29,807 nt of DNA from Archangium sp. (GTDB lineage Bacteria > Myxococcota > Myxococcia > Myxococcales > Myxococcaceae): contig JANLPS010000026.1 of the NCBI GenBank assembly GCA_031367385.1, positions 1 to 29,807 of the forward strand. Reading direction: 5' to 3'. Position 1 is the stretch's first letter, and each line of letters starts with the position of its first letter. This document shows, piece by piece, positions 7,951 through 16,459 of the stretch. The notes under the pieces are model-generated. The model made no database searches and was not told the origin of the DNA. It saw nothing but the letters and a program-made list of their open reading frames with translations. The position numbers were made by a program, and so were the translations under genes.

Positions 7951-10065
7951 CTATTCGGCGCCCGCTTTCCTTTTGAGCACCTTGGTCGGCTGGGTGATCT
8001 CGTTGCCTTCTTTGATGTTCATCGTCTCGGTGTAGGGGTCGTACCCGGGCGCCACGATCATCACTGTGACCTTGCCCGCGGGCACCTTGAGCAGCTGCGG
8101 CCAGTCGGTGATCAACCGCTCACCGCCCTTGCCATCGGGCTCGGTCAGCTCTTTGCCGTTCACGTTGACCCGCGCTTTGCCCACCACGTCGGCCGGCACG
8201 TCCAACATCAGCAGGCCTTGCGCGGGGCGAAGCTTGCCGAAGACGACCATGTACCCCAGCACCAGGGCGAGAATGACCGCGACGACCGCCGCGACGACCA
8301 GACCGCTCCCACCTGCGGCTTGGGCCTGACGCTGGCTCGCGCTGCCGTGGGCTCTGACTCGCGCAGGCCGCTCGGCGGGCGCCATTCGCGGCACGTACGG
8401 CGCGGGCACCGACCCGTGCGGGTTCGAGTCATCGCCCCCCCGCGACCCGGAGATCAGGTTCGGGTCAGACGGCGGCTCTGGCGGCGGAGGCGGCACCGGG
8501 TCGCGCATCGCCGCTGGCCGGCGCGCCATCTCGGTCGCCGGCATCAGCACCGGAGGCCCCGGCATTCGCAACCCAGACGGGCTCGCCCGGGTCGGAGCGA
8601 ACGCATCGTCGAGCGGGCCATTCGAGGTGATCAGCTGGTCACGGTTGATCGAGCCCCGGTTCGGGTCGGTCGGTATGTCGTGGGGCTTGGCCGCGGGAGA
8701 CGCTGTCTCACCGGGGTTGGTCTGCTCAGGGTCGAAGGGCTTGTTGGGGTCGACCAGCAACGTCGCGGCGTGCTCGTCTTTGCCGTTGGCTGACGTCGCG
8801 GAGGCGGCGGTGAGCTTGGGCAGCGCCGCGGCGCCTGGGGGCGGCGGTGGCGCCTGCGGGGGCAACGGCCTGACCGCCATCGGCAGGCCCATCGCCGTCT
8901 CTTGCTGGCTCGTCGGCAAGGGCACTTGCGCCGTGGGCAGCGACCCGCCTCCGGTGACCATCGACGACGGTACTGCCGTCACCGCGCTGGGGCTGGGCAC
9001 GTGCGGAGCGCTCAACACCGGCACCGACCCCGCCCCGTACCCGATGTTGTTGTTCGCCAGCATCATGCCGTCGGGCGGCTTGACGTCGACGTACTCCTGC
9101 AAGCGCTGTTTCTCTTTCTCGACCTCTTCGGCAAAGGTCGCCTTCATGAACGCGGCGAGATCTTTGCGACCGAACACCGTCTCGGTCGTAATCAAGAAGC
9201 GCTGCAGGTCGTCACCCAGCTCGCTGGCGTACTGATAGCGATCTTCGACGTCTTTCGCGAGCGCCTTCATCACGATCTTCTCGAGCGCATCGGGGATGCG
9301 GCGATTGAAGTGCGAGGGCGGCAACACCTCGACCTTGCGCACCTTTTCGAGCACCGAGAAGTCGGAGTCGCCGACGAAGAGCCGCTCGCCCGTCAGCATC
9401 TCGTACAGGCAGATGCCAATCGCGAACACGTCGCTGCGGCGGTCGAGCGGGAGCCCGCGAATCTGCTCCGGGCTCATGTAGCCGAACTTGCCTTTGAGAA
9501 TGCCGGCCTGCGTCTTGGTCGCCTTGCCCGCGGCCTTGGCGATGCCGAAGTCGATGACCTTGACCTCGCCGTCGTAGCTGATCAGCGCGTTCTGCGGCGA
9601 GACATCGCGGTGCACGATGTTCATGTCGCGGCCCATGCGGTCTTTGTTGCGGTGGGCGTAGTCGAGCCCTTCGCAGCAGCGGGCGATGAGGTAGCAGGTC
9701 AGCGGTATCGGCGCCGGCTCACCGCGCTTGCGGCAGCGATCGAACACCGCGCGCATGTCTTTGCCCGAGATGTACTCCATCGCGATGAAGTACGAATTCG
9801 CGATGTTCGCCAGCTCGTAGATCTGCGCGATGTTGGCGTGGTTCAGCTGAACCGTGATCTTCGCCTCGTCGATGAACATCGTGATGAATTCTTCGTCTTC
9901 AGCGATGTTCGGCAAAATGCGTTTGATCGCCACCAGGCGCTCGAAGCCGCCCGCCCCGAAGGTCTTCGCACGCCACACCTCTGCCATGCCGCCGATGTTG
10001 ATGCGGTCGAGCAGCAGGTACTTTCCGAAGGGTATGGGTTGACGTTTGGGAGGAGCGGTAGACAC
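7951..10065 (-). CDS. Membrane-anchored Hanks-type Ser/Thr protein kinase with a C-terminal PEGA-like domain
   Basis: Kinase motifs IGGMAEVW, VAIKRILP, HRDVSPQN, DFGIAKA, YMSPEQ and SDVFAIG. A Pro-rich linker and TM (LVVAAVVAVILALVLGYMVVF) precede a short beta-rich extracytoplasmic domain. GTG start. Confidence 0.95.
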   Translation of the reverse strand: MSTAPPKRQPIPFGKYLLLDRINIGGMAEVWRAKTFGAGGFERLVAIKRILPNIAEDEEFITMFIDEAKITVQLNHANIAQIYELANIANSYFIAMEYISGKDMRAVFDRCRKRGEPAPIPLTCYLIARCCEGLDYAHRNKDRMGRDMNIVHRDVSPQNALISYDGEVKVIDFGIAKAAGKATKTQAGILKGKFGYMSPEQIRGLPLDRRSDVFAIGICLYEMLTGERLFVGDSDFSVLEKVRKVEVLPPSHFNRRIPDALEKIVMKALAKDVEDRYQYASELGDDLQRFLITTETVFGRKDLAAFMKATFAEEVEKEKQRLQEYVDVKPPDGMMLANNNIGYGAGSVPVLSAPHVPSPSAVTAVPSSMVTGGGSLPTAQVPLPTSQQETAMGLPMAVRPLPPQAPPPPPGAAALPKLTAASATSANGKDEHAATLLVDPNKPFDPEQTNPGETASPAAKPHDIPTDPNRGSINRDQLITSNGPLDDAFAPTRASPSGLRMPGPPVLMPATEMARRPAAMRDPVPPPPPEPPSDPNLISGSRGGDDSNPHGSVPAPYVPRMAPAERPARVRAHGSASQRQAQAAGGSGLVVAAVVAVILALVLGYMVVFGKLRPAQGLLMLDVPADVVGKARVNVNGKELTEPDGKGGERLITDWPQLLKVPAGKVTVMIVAPGYDPYTETMNIKEGNEITQPTKVLKRKAGAE

Positions 10066-10106
10066 GCAGCCGACCTGTTCAGCGATGTAGGGAAAACGAA
10101 CCCAGA

Positions 10107-10135
10107 GCTAAGGACGCCTGGCGCAGGCCGTCAAC
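10107..10135 (-). promoter_or_regulatory. Putative internal sigma70-type promoter for the kinase and AAA genes
   Basis: The minus strand reads TTGACG-N17-TTAGCT in the 75-nt gap before the kinase start. Confidence 0.35.
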
Positions 10136-10140
10136 GACTC

Positions 10141-10845
10141 TCAATCGTCAGGTGTAGGTTCAGCGTCGACATCGCCTTCATCAGGAGGGTCAGCTGGCTC
10201 GGCGTCTTCTCGGGCCAACGACACCTCACCCACCCAATCTGGAGCGGTTGAGACCACGCCGGCCGCACCCCGCTGCGCCGTCAGGGGCAGCCCCACCAGC
10301 GTGACCCACGCCCGGCGACGCTCGCGATCGACGCAATACAAGACCGTGCCCACCGGAGCACCACCGGCCAGGGTCAGCGGCCCTGCGCAGCCGAAGTGGA
10401 GCTCGAGGTTCCACCCAGGGGGGCGCTCTCCGTGCACCAGCCAGGGCACGGGCCCCAGCAGCGCCAACAACGGCTCGAGCTCGGTCGAGGTGTCGGGCAC
10501 GGCCTTGGTCGTGGCCAGCGCCTGGGCGCCCTCGGTCATGACCTGCAGCGCCCCCTTCGCGCGCACTTCGGTGCCGAGCGGCGAGCGCGTCGACGAGAGC
10601 ACGATCAGGTCGGTCGCCAGCACGCCGACGATCAGCATCGGCAACACTTTTCGGCTCGTCGGTCGCACCGACAGCGCCAGACCGAGCAGCATCAACCCGC
10701 ACGCCAGCGCCGCGAAGATCACATTGGGCGGCTCGAGCATCGCGCTGACTTCGGCCTGCTGCACCGAAAACCAGACCCAGAGGTCGTGCGCATAGAACGC
10801 GAGCAACGTGATGCCCAAGAATGGGGCGACGTAGGTGCGAATCAC
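10141..10845 (-). CDS. Hypothetical membrane protein (3 TM plus a globular domain with two Cys and an acidic tail)
   Basis: Start placed at GTG 10845, a GTGA overlap with the permease stop, giving MIRTYVAPFLGITLLAF. The ORF-track extension to 10962 overlaps the permease. Three hydrophobic segments. Confidence 0.7.
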   Translation of the reverse strand: MIRTYVAPFLGITLLAFYAHDLWVWFSVQQAEVSAMLEPPNVIFAALACGLMLLGLALSVRPTSRKVLPMLIVGVLATDLIVLSSTRSPLGTEVRAKGALQVMTEGAQALATTKAVPDTSTELEPLLALLGPVPWLVHGERPPGWNLELHFGCAGPLTLAGGAPVGTVLYCVDRERRRAWVTLVGLPLTAQRGAAGVVSTAPDWVGEVSLAREDAEPADPPDEGDVDAEPTPDD

Positions 10846-12125
10846 CCTTGACCCGCAAGGGCCCGCGCGGGGTCGAGTTGGGCGGCCCGGCGTGCGGGCA
10901 AGAACGCGCCGGCCATCGCCGCAACGACGCCGAGGGTGACTCCAGCCAGCAACAACCACCACGGAGCGATGAAGAACGACTCCGGCTTGAAGGGGAACTC
11001 GGGCAGCGCTCGGCTCGAGGCGAAATCAACCGCAGCCGCGGCGGCGATGGCCAGCACGGTGCCGACGAGGCCACCAAAGGCGCCCAACAGCAGCGCCTCG
11101 GCGAACACCAGAGAGAAGACATCGCGCTTCGAAGCGCCGACGGCCCGCATCACGGCCAGCTCTCGCTCCCGGGCCCGCACCGAAGCCGACAACGCATGGG
11201 CGATGTTGAATGCAGCGAGAATGCAGATCAGCACGCTGAGCAGCGCCATCGCCGACGTGGTGATGGCCACCGCCGCCCCCGCGTTTTCAGCCATGCGCCG
11301 CTCTTGATCATCGACGCGAAACCCCATGCCCTTCACGGCCGTCACGATTCGAGGCACCGCTGAAGGCTCTTTGACCCGCAAGGTGACCGCGGTGAAGCTC
11401 TCGGCATCGACGTTGGCGGCGCGGTTGATTCGCATCGCCACCGCCAAGGGCACCGTGATGCCGGCCAGCAACCCGCGGTCAGAGACTCCGACCACCTGCC
11501 CCTGCGCCGACACGATGGGCCCCGCCGGAGCGGCAGTGACAAAAGAGCGATTGAAATCAATGGGAAACATGAACCCCGCGAGCATCGAGCCCGACAGCTG
11601 CGGCAGCGAGCGGGCCGGCGCGAAGGTCTTGTTGTAGATCTCGAGCAGCCTCGAGGCGGCGACGGCTGGTATCGGTTGGCCCGGCCCCGGGTCACTGAAG
11701 TCGCCGATCTGCACGTCGGCTTTCACGAGCGCGGGGTCGACGCCGACGGCGATGATCTCGAGGCCCATGCGCAACTTGCGGCCGAAAAAATCACCGTCGT
11801 ACACGGTGACCGCGGGCACGCGAACGTTCATCTTTCGGTACGCCTCGGTGACGCCGGGCAGCGCCGTGAGCCGGTCTACCGCGGCCTGGTCGATTTTGCC
11901 CCCGCCGAGCAAGCCCAGTGAGAGCTGCGAAGGCACGACCTCGACCAAGCGCGCATCAACGGGGAACACCTTCTCGCGAATGATGGCCCCGACGCCGAGC
12001 CCCAGTGCCACGAAGAACACGAGCGCCGCGACGCCGACGGTGACCCCGAAGGTCGATGACAACGCCCCGCGAATATCGCGAGCCACATTCAACCGCACCA
12101 ACCGCTGAAGGGACGCCAATTTCAT
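10842..12125 (-). CDS. ABC transporter permease, MacB/FtsX/LolE family
   Basis: TM1, then a large periplasmic loop, then an FtsX-type C-terminus (SVRARERELAVMRAVGASKRDVFSLVFAEALLLG...FLPARRAAQLDPARAL). Confidence 0.9.
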   Translation of the reverse strand: MKLASLQRLVRLNVARDIRGALSSTFGVTVGVAALVFFVALGLGVGAIIREKVFPVDARLVEVVPSQLSLGLLGGGKIDQAAVDRLTALPGVTEAYRKMNVRVPAVTVYDGDFFGRKLRMGLEIIAVGVDPALVKADVQIGDFSDPGPGQPIPAVAASRLLEIYNKTFAPARSLPQLSGSMLAGFMFPIDFNRSFVTAAPAGPIVSAQGQVVGVSDRGLLAGITVPLAVAMRINRAANVDAESFTAVTLRVKEPSAVPRIVTAVKGMGFRVDDQERRMAENAGAAVAITTSAMALLSVLICILAAFNIAHALSASVRARERELAVMRAVGASKRDVFSLVFAEALLLGAFGGLVGTVLAIAAAAAVDFASSRALPEFPFKPESFFIAPWWLLLAGVTLGVVAAMAGAFLPARRAAQLDPARALAGQG

Positions 12126-12784
12126 GGCAGGTCGAGCCGCCCATTCTCGAGCGTCAACACCCGGGTCGCCGCATCGCGCAGCCGCGTCTCATGCGTCACC
12201 GCCACCACCGTCAACCCCTCACGGTTGAGCCTCGAGAACAACCCAATCACCTCGTCCGCCGTCAGGGCATCCAAATTCCCGGTCGGCTCATCGCACAGCA
12301 GCACGCTCGGTGAATGCAGCAAGGCCCTTGCAATCGCGACCCGCTGGCGCTCTCCGCCCGACAGCTGGCTCGGCAACCTCGCGGCCTTCTCACCCAGAGC
12401 GACCTGCTCGAGCACCTGCTGACCTCGGGCCCTCGGCGTCGTCTGGGCCGCGAACAGCGACGGCAGCAGCACGTTCTCGAGCGCCGAGAGCCCCGGCACG
12501 AGATGAAACGACTGAAACACGAACCCCACTTCGCGATTTCGAAACCTGGCCAGCTCGGCATCGGTGAGCCCCGAGATTCGCCGCCCCGCCACCGAGACCT
12601 CGCCTGCGTACGCCGTATCGAGCCCGCCGAGCACGTTGAGCAACGTCGACTTGCCGCTGCCCGAGCGCCCCACCACCGCGACGAATTCGCCCTTGGCGAC
12701 CTCGAGGTTGACCTGGTCGAGCACCGCGACCGCGCCGCGCGCTCCGTCATCGAAGCTGCGTGAGACGCCCCGGGCTGAAATCAC
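12122..12784 (-). CDS. ABC transporter ATP-binding protein, LolD/MacB-like
   Basis: GRSGSGKST, GFVFQSFHL, LSGGERQRVAIARAL, LCDEPTGNLD and VTHE. 4-nt overlaps with both neighbours. Confidence 0.95.
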   Translation of the reverse strand: MISARGVSRSFDDGARGAVAVLDQVNLEVAKGEFVAVVGRSGSGKSTLLNVLGGLDTAYAGEVSVAGRRISGLTDAELARFRNREVGFVFQSFHLVPGLSALENVLLPSLFAAQTTPRARGQQVLEQVALGEKAARLPSQLSGGERQRVAIARALLHSPSVLLCDEPTGNLDALTADEVIGLFSRLNREGLTVVAVTHETRLRDAATRVLTLENGRLDLP

Positions 12785-14367
12785 GGCGTCTTCGCACCGA
12801 AGACCAGCGCGACGTTGACCTGAAGCGCCTTGCCATTGGCACCCGCCGACGCGGTCACCGCCTTCAAGTCATCGGTCGCGTCGAGCCACCGCACGGTCGT
12901 GGCCTTGATCGCGAACCCTCCGATGCCCCAGGCGCTGGCGGGCAGCTCACGAACCGAGCTGGCGAGGCGGTTCAAGTCGATCATCACCGACACGGCCTCA
13001 TTCGCCAGCATGGCTGGAGGCACCACATTCGAAGCGGCCTCACCGTCGACCGCCATCAGCTGATCGATGCGCTGCACCGGAGACGCGAAGAACACCAGAT
13101 CGCCCTTGCGCGCGAAGTGCACGCCCTCTCCCGCCGCGTAGGTCGTGAAAAACATCGGAGACGCATTGCGATCGACCTTCGCGATCGTCGCGCCGAACTT
13201 AGGAGCCACCGCGGCGATCTTCTCGAGCGTCGGCGTCACGGTATCGCCCGAGTTCACCAGAGCCACGCCCGACAAGTGCGCGAAGGTGAACGGGTTGGTG
13301 GTGCGCAAATCAAACCGCGGCACGCCCGACCCCATCGGAGGCCGGTCAGCGAGCGAAAACCCGAAAATCACTCCAGGTTTCACCACGTCGAGCACCTCGG
13401 TCTTTACGTTGAAGCTGCCCTCTTCGAAGGCCTTCGCCAGAAACGGCCCGATGAGATCGTTGACCACTGGAGCCAACGTCGCCGGGTCGCCCTGGTACCG
13501 CAGCGCCGCGAACGTGTCTTTGGGCAGGTACCCGTAGAGCGACATCGAAGGCTTGAGCTGCAGCATCGCCAGGTCGCCCGCATCACCCTTCCACGGAGCG
13601 TCGACCGCCAGCGCCAACCCCGCCGTCGACAGTCGCACCGTCACCACCGCGCTCGTCACCGGGTACTTGCGGATGAGGCCCGACCCGACTGGCAGGTACC
13701 CGTAGAGCAACTTGTCGCCCGGCAGTCGGCCCAGCGACGCCTTGAGCGCCTCATCGCGCGCCAGCGAATCAGCCTCGGCAAGCCCCGCGAGGGTCGGCAG
13801 CACGCTGACGTCTTTGGTCGCCACCAGCGCGAAGCCGTTTTTGATCAGGTACCCGACCTTCGGAGGCTCTCCGGCGTGCTCAGAGAACGTCTTCACCACA
13901 GTCTCGCCGTTCTTGAGCTCACCACCCGCCCCTGCGCCGAAGCGCTGCGTGGAGATGCGCTCGAGCGTGGCGTGAAATGCGCCTTCGTCACTCACCGGCA
14001 AGACCAGAACGATCTCTCCGCCCTGCAGCACCACCACGCCCATCGCCCGGTCGGCATCGAGGCCCGCACTCTTCATCGCCGCGGCATCTCGAACGTCGAT
14101 GCCCAGCTGACCGACCAGCGCGTCGCCCAGCGCCTTGCCTGAGTCGAAGCCCTGCAGCTGCCCCAAGAAGGCCGCCACCTTCAACGACTCGAGCACGCGA
14201 AGCCGGTCACCCAGGGTCTTGACCGAGGGCACGATCACCACGGCCGCGGAGGCCGATGGCATCATTCGGCCGACTTCAGTGGCCTTGGCGGCGCTCCCGC
14301 ACTTCGAGCAGCTCGCCATCGCGATGAGCACTGCGAGCATCAGCGAGGCGCGAACGGTGAATTTCAT
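12781..14367 (-). CDS. Hypothetical lipoprotein (possibly DUF3352-like, two-lobed alpha/beta)
   Basis: 528 aa with signal peptide and lipobox (MAS|C). Paired P-x-x-x-x-A motifs (MMPSASAAV, YLPKDTFAAL) suggest two related halves. The family call is tentative. Confidence 0.7.
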   Translation of the reverse strand: MKFTVRASLMLAVLIAMASCSKCGSAAKATEVGRMMPSASAAVVIVPSVKTLGDRLRVLESLKVAAFLGQLQGFDSGKALGDALVGQLGIDVRDAAAMKSAGLDADRAMGVVVLQGGEIVLVLPVSDEGAFHATLERISTQRFGAGAGGELKNGETVVKTFSEHAGEPPKVGYLIKNGFALVATKDVSVLPTLAGLAEADSLARDEALKASLGRLPGDKLLYGYLPVGSGLIRKYPVTSAVVTVRLSTAGLALAVDAPWKGDAGDLAMLQLKPSMSLYGYLPKDTFAALRYQGDPATLAPVVNDLIGPFLAKAFEEGSFNVKTEVLDVVKPGVIFGFSLADRPPMGSGVPRFDLRTTNPFTFAHLSGVALVNSGDTVTPTLEKIAAVAPKFGATIAKVDRNASPMFFTTYAAGEGVHFARKGDLVFFASPVQRIDQLMAVDGEAASNVVPPAMLANEAVSVMIDLNRLASSVRELPASAWGIGGFAIKATTVRWLDATDDLKAVTASAGANGKALQVNVALVFGAKTP

Positions 14368-14375
14368 AGGGGCCC

Positions 14376-15200
14376 TTATCGCACGCGAACGGGCGTCGCG
14401 GCGCTCGACGTCGACGACGAGAGCTCATCGGTCACCCGCATGAAGCTCTCCATTTCGCGCACGGTCTCTTCGGTGGCCGCGACCTCGGCGCTGAGCACGT
14501 CGAGCTGCTGGCTCACCACCTCGGGGTCGCGAATCGCGATTGACTGCTCGTGGGTCAGCCGCAGCATGTCTTCGATGCTCGCCAGCTGGTGGCTGACCAC
14601 CTCGCGGTTCTCAGCGGCCTGCACGAAGCGGTGAATGCGCTTCTTCAAGATGTCGATGCGGCGCGCTTTGACCTCGCGGAGCTTCTCGTTCACGTCGGTC
14701 GCGACCTCTGCCTCGAGGCCCTGCAGCTCGTCTTCGAGCCCCCGCCGGTCAACCACGCTCAAGAACTTGCGATACCCATTGAGCGTCGCGACCAGGCGCA
14801 GAAACGAGGTCAGCAGCGCGTCGAGGCGCCGTTCACTGTTCGCGGCCAGCACCCCGCCGCCCGGCATCTGCCGGTAGCTGGTCAAAATGCGACCGCGCAG
14901 CTCACCAAGCACCTGGTAGTGCTCCCGCTGCGAGGCAGACAGCTCGGCCAACAGGCTCTCGACCTCTTCGGCCGAGGCGACTTCTGAGAAGGCCTGCGCC
15001 TGAAAATTGGCCCGCACCGCACGCCGAAACGAAGGGGCCGTCGAGAGCAGGGTCAAGTACGCGACTGACGCCCCCGCCGCGGCCACCAGGGGGGTCCAAT
15101 CGCCCATCACGGCCCCGGCGATCGCGCCCGCGACCAGCGCGAAGACGTTCGCCGGCATCAACAGCGCCGCGCGCAGGTAGTTCGGAGCTTTACTCGCCAC
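14376..15200 (-). CDS. Membrane-anchored (2 TM) alpha-helical coiled-coil protein
   Basis: An N-terminal hydrophobic hairpin is followed by an E/R/L-rich heptad region. GTG start is 3 nt after the upstream stop. Confidence 0.8.
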   Translation of the reverse strand: MASKAPNYLRAALLMPANVFALVAGAIAGAVMGDWTPLVAAAGASVAYLTLLSTAPSFRRAVRANFQAQAFSEVASAEEVESLLAELSASQREHYQVLGELRGRILTSYRQMPGGGVLAANSERRLDALLTSFLRLVATLNGYRKFLSVVDRRGLEDELQGLEAEVATDVNEKLREVKARRIDILKKRIHRFVQAAENREVVSHQLASIEDMLRLTHEQSIAIRDPEVVSQQLDVLSAEVAATEETVREMESFMRVTDELSSSTSSAATPVRVR

Positions 15201-15203
15201 GAT

Positions 15204-16349
15204 TCAAGGCCCTTTCGACGACACAACGTATCGCAGCGGGCCCAAATCGGTGGTCTCTTCAGTGGCAGGCGCAGCGGTGCCGGTCGCTCCGAGCTTGAAG
15301 CCGAGCGCGGCCGCCGACTGGTACAGCTCGCCGTAGGTCACCGGCGCTTCGCCCTCGAGGCCGAAGAACCCCAGGTTGTCTTTGAGGCTGGCGGGGGGCG
15401 CCGAGCGCATCGCCTCGGTCGGGTCACCCAACTGCGGCGCCGCGAGCCCCAAGGTTCGAGCTGCGTCGCTCGGGTCTTTGGCGGCCTGCGCATTGGCGTC
15501 GAGCGCCCCGCGAATCAACCGGCGAATCGCATCAGGGTAGCGCGCCGCGAAGTCACCCCGGCTGACCAGCACCGTGGCAATCAAATGCGGAGCATCAACC
15601 GTCGAAGCGACCACCGTGCCACCCACTTCTTTCATCGCGGGGTCGAGGTCGCCCAAGTACCCCGCCACCGCGTCGACCTTCTTGGCCTTGAGCGCCGCAC
15701 CGGCTCCAAACGCCGACGGCAGGGGCACCAACGTCACATCGCGCAGCGACAATCCCGCGCGCGACATCGCCCAGAGCGCCAGGTAGTGCGAGGTGCTGCG
15801 CGGCTCGGTACCCAGGCGTTTGCCAGCCAGCATGCCGGGGTTGGTGATGGCCGACGAGCCGACCACCAGGTCTTGCCCGCGGCTTCGTCCCAGCAGCAGC
15901 ACGGTTCTCGGCGCGGCATCACGCAGCGGAGTGGCCATCATCGCCAGGGTCGAGACCGAAATCGCCACCAGGTCGACGCCCCCGTTCTCGCCGCCCTTCA
16001 CGAAGGCCGCGCGGAGGTCGTCTTCTTTGTCGAAGAGCTGCACCTTGACGTCGAGGGCGTAGCCCGCGCGAAACAGGCCCACCCGGTCTCCGTCACCTGT
16101 GGCCCAGAGCAGCGGGGCGACGGTGCCTCGGGGCACCACACCGATCACCGTGGCTCGAAGGGGTATCGCGGCGACATCGTCATCGGGGGCCGCGACCCCA
16201 GCGGGAAAATCACCTGCCGACAACCGCGCCGGGCGACCCCAGAGCCGCTCACGAACCCGGTCGACGTAGCCGTACTGCGACGCCGCGACCGCACCAGCGG
16301 CGGTGAGCACGAACATGAGCGCCAGGAGCACCCGCCCCAATCGCTTCAT
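15204..16349 (-). CDS. Periplasmic binding protein type 2, SsuA/NMT1-THI5-like
   Basis: Signal/TM, then RSRGQDLVV, LAGKRLGTEPRSTSHY, AGLSLRDVTLV, KVDAVAG and HLIATVLVSRGDFAARYPDAIRRLIRG. Confidence 0.8.
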   Translation of the reverse strand: MKRLGRVLLALMFVLTAAGAVAASQYGYVDRVRERLWGRPARLSAGDFPAGVAAPDDDVAAIPLRATVIGVVPRGTVAPLLWATGDGDRVGLFRAGYALDVKVQLFDKEDDLRAAFVKGGENGGVDLVAISVSTLAMMATPLRDAAPRTVLLLGRSRGQDLVVGSSAITNPGMLAGKRLGTEPRSTSHYLALWAMSRAGLSLRDVTLVPLPSAFGAGAALKAKKVDAVAGYLGDLDPAMKEVGGTVVASTVDAPHLIATVLVSRGDFAARYPDAIRRLIRGALDANAQAAKDPSDAARTLGLAAPQLGDPTEAMRSAPPASLKDNLGFFGLEGEAPVTYGELYQSAAALGFKLGATGTAAPATEETTDLGPLRYVVSSKGP

Positions 16350-16412
16350 GCGTCACACCTGGTCAATGCCTGTGGAACGGCGACCCCTCTCGGCAAACCG
16401 CTCAGCAAACCT

Positions 16413-16457
16413 CTCATGGTGAGCCCGTCGAACCACGAACCACGAACCACGAACCAC
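16413..16457. repeat. REP-like unit (CTCATGGTGAGCCCGTCGAACCAC) followed by a tandem heptamer (GAACCAC)x4
   Basis: Four perfect GAACCAC copies at 16430-16457 in the gap between pspA and the SBP gene. The preceding segment resembles the widespread 'TGGTGAGCnTGTCGAACCA' intergenic repeat (recognised from memory). Confidence 0.7.
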
Positions 16458-16459
16458 CA

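Noticed and set aside
8902..14142. 449-aa (8902..10251) and 460-aa (12760..14142) + strand ORFs
   Set aside because: Antisense mirrors of the kinase and lipoprotein genes, with R/H/V-rich shadow composition.
16430..16457. Repeat cluster considered as a CRISPR array
   Set aside because: 7-nt tandem units with no spacers and no cas genes.
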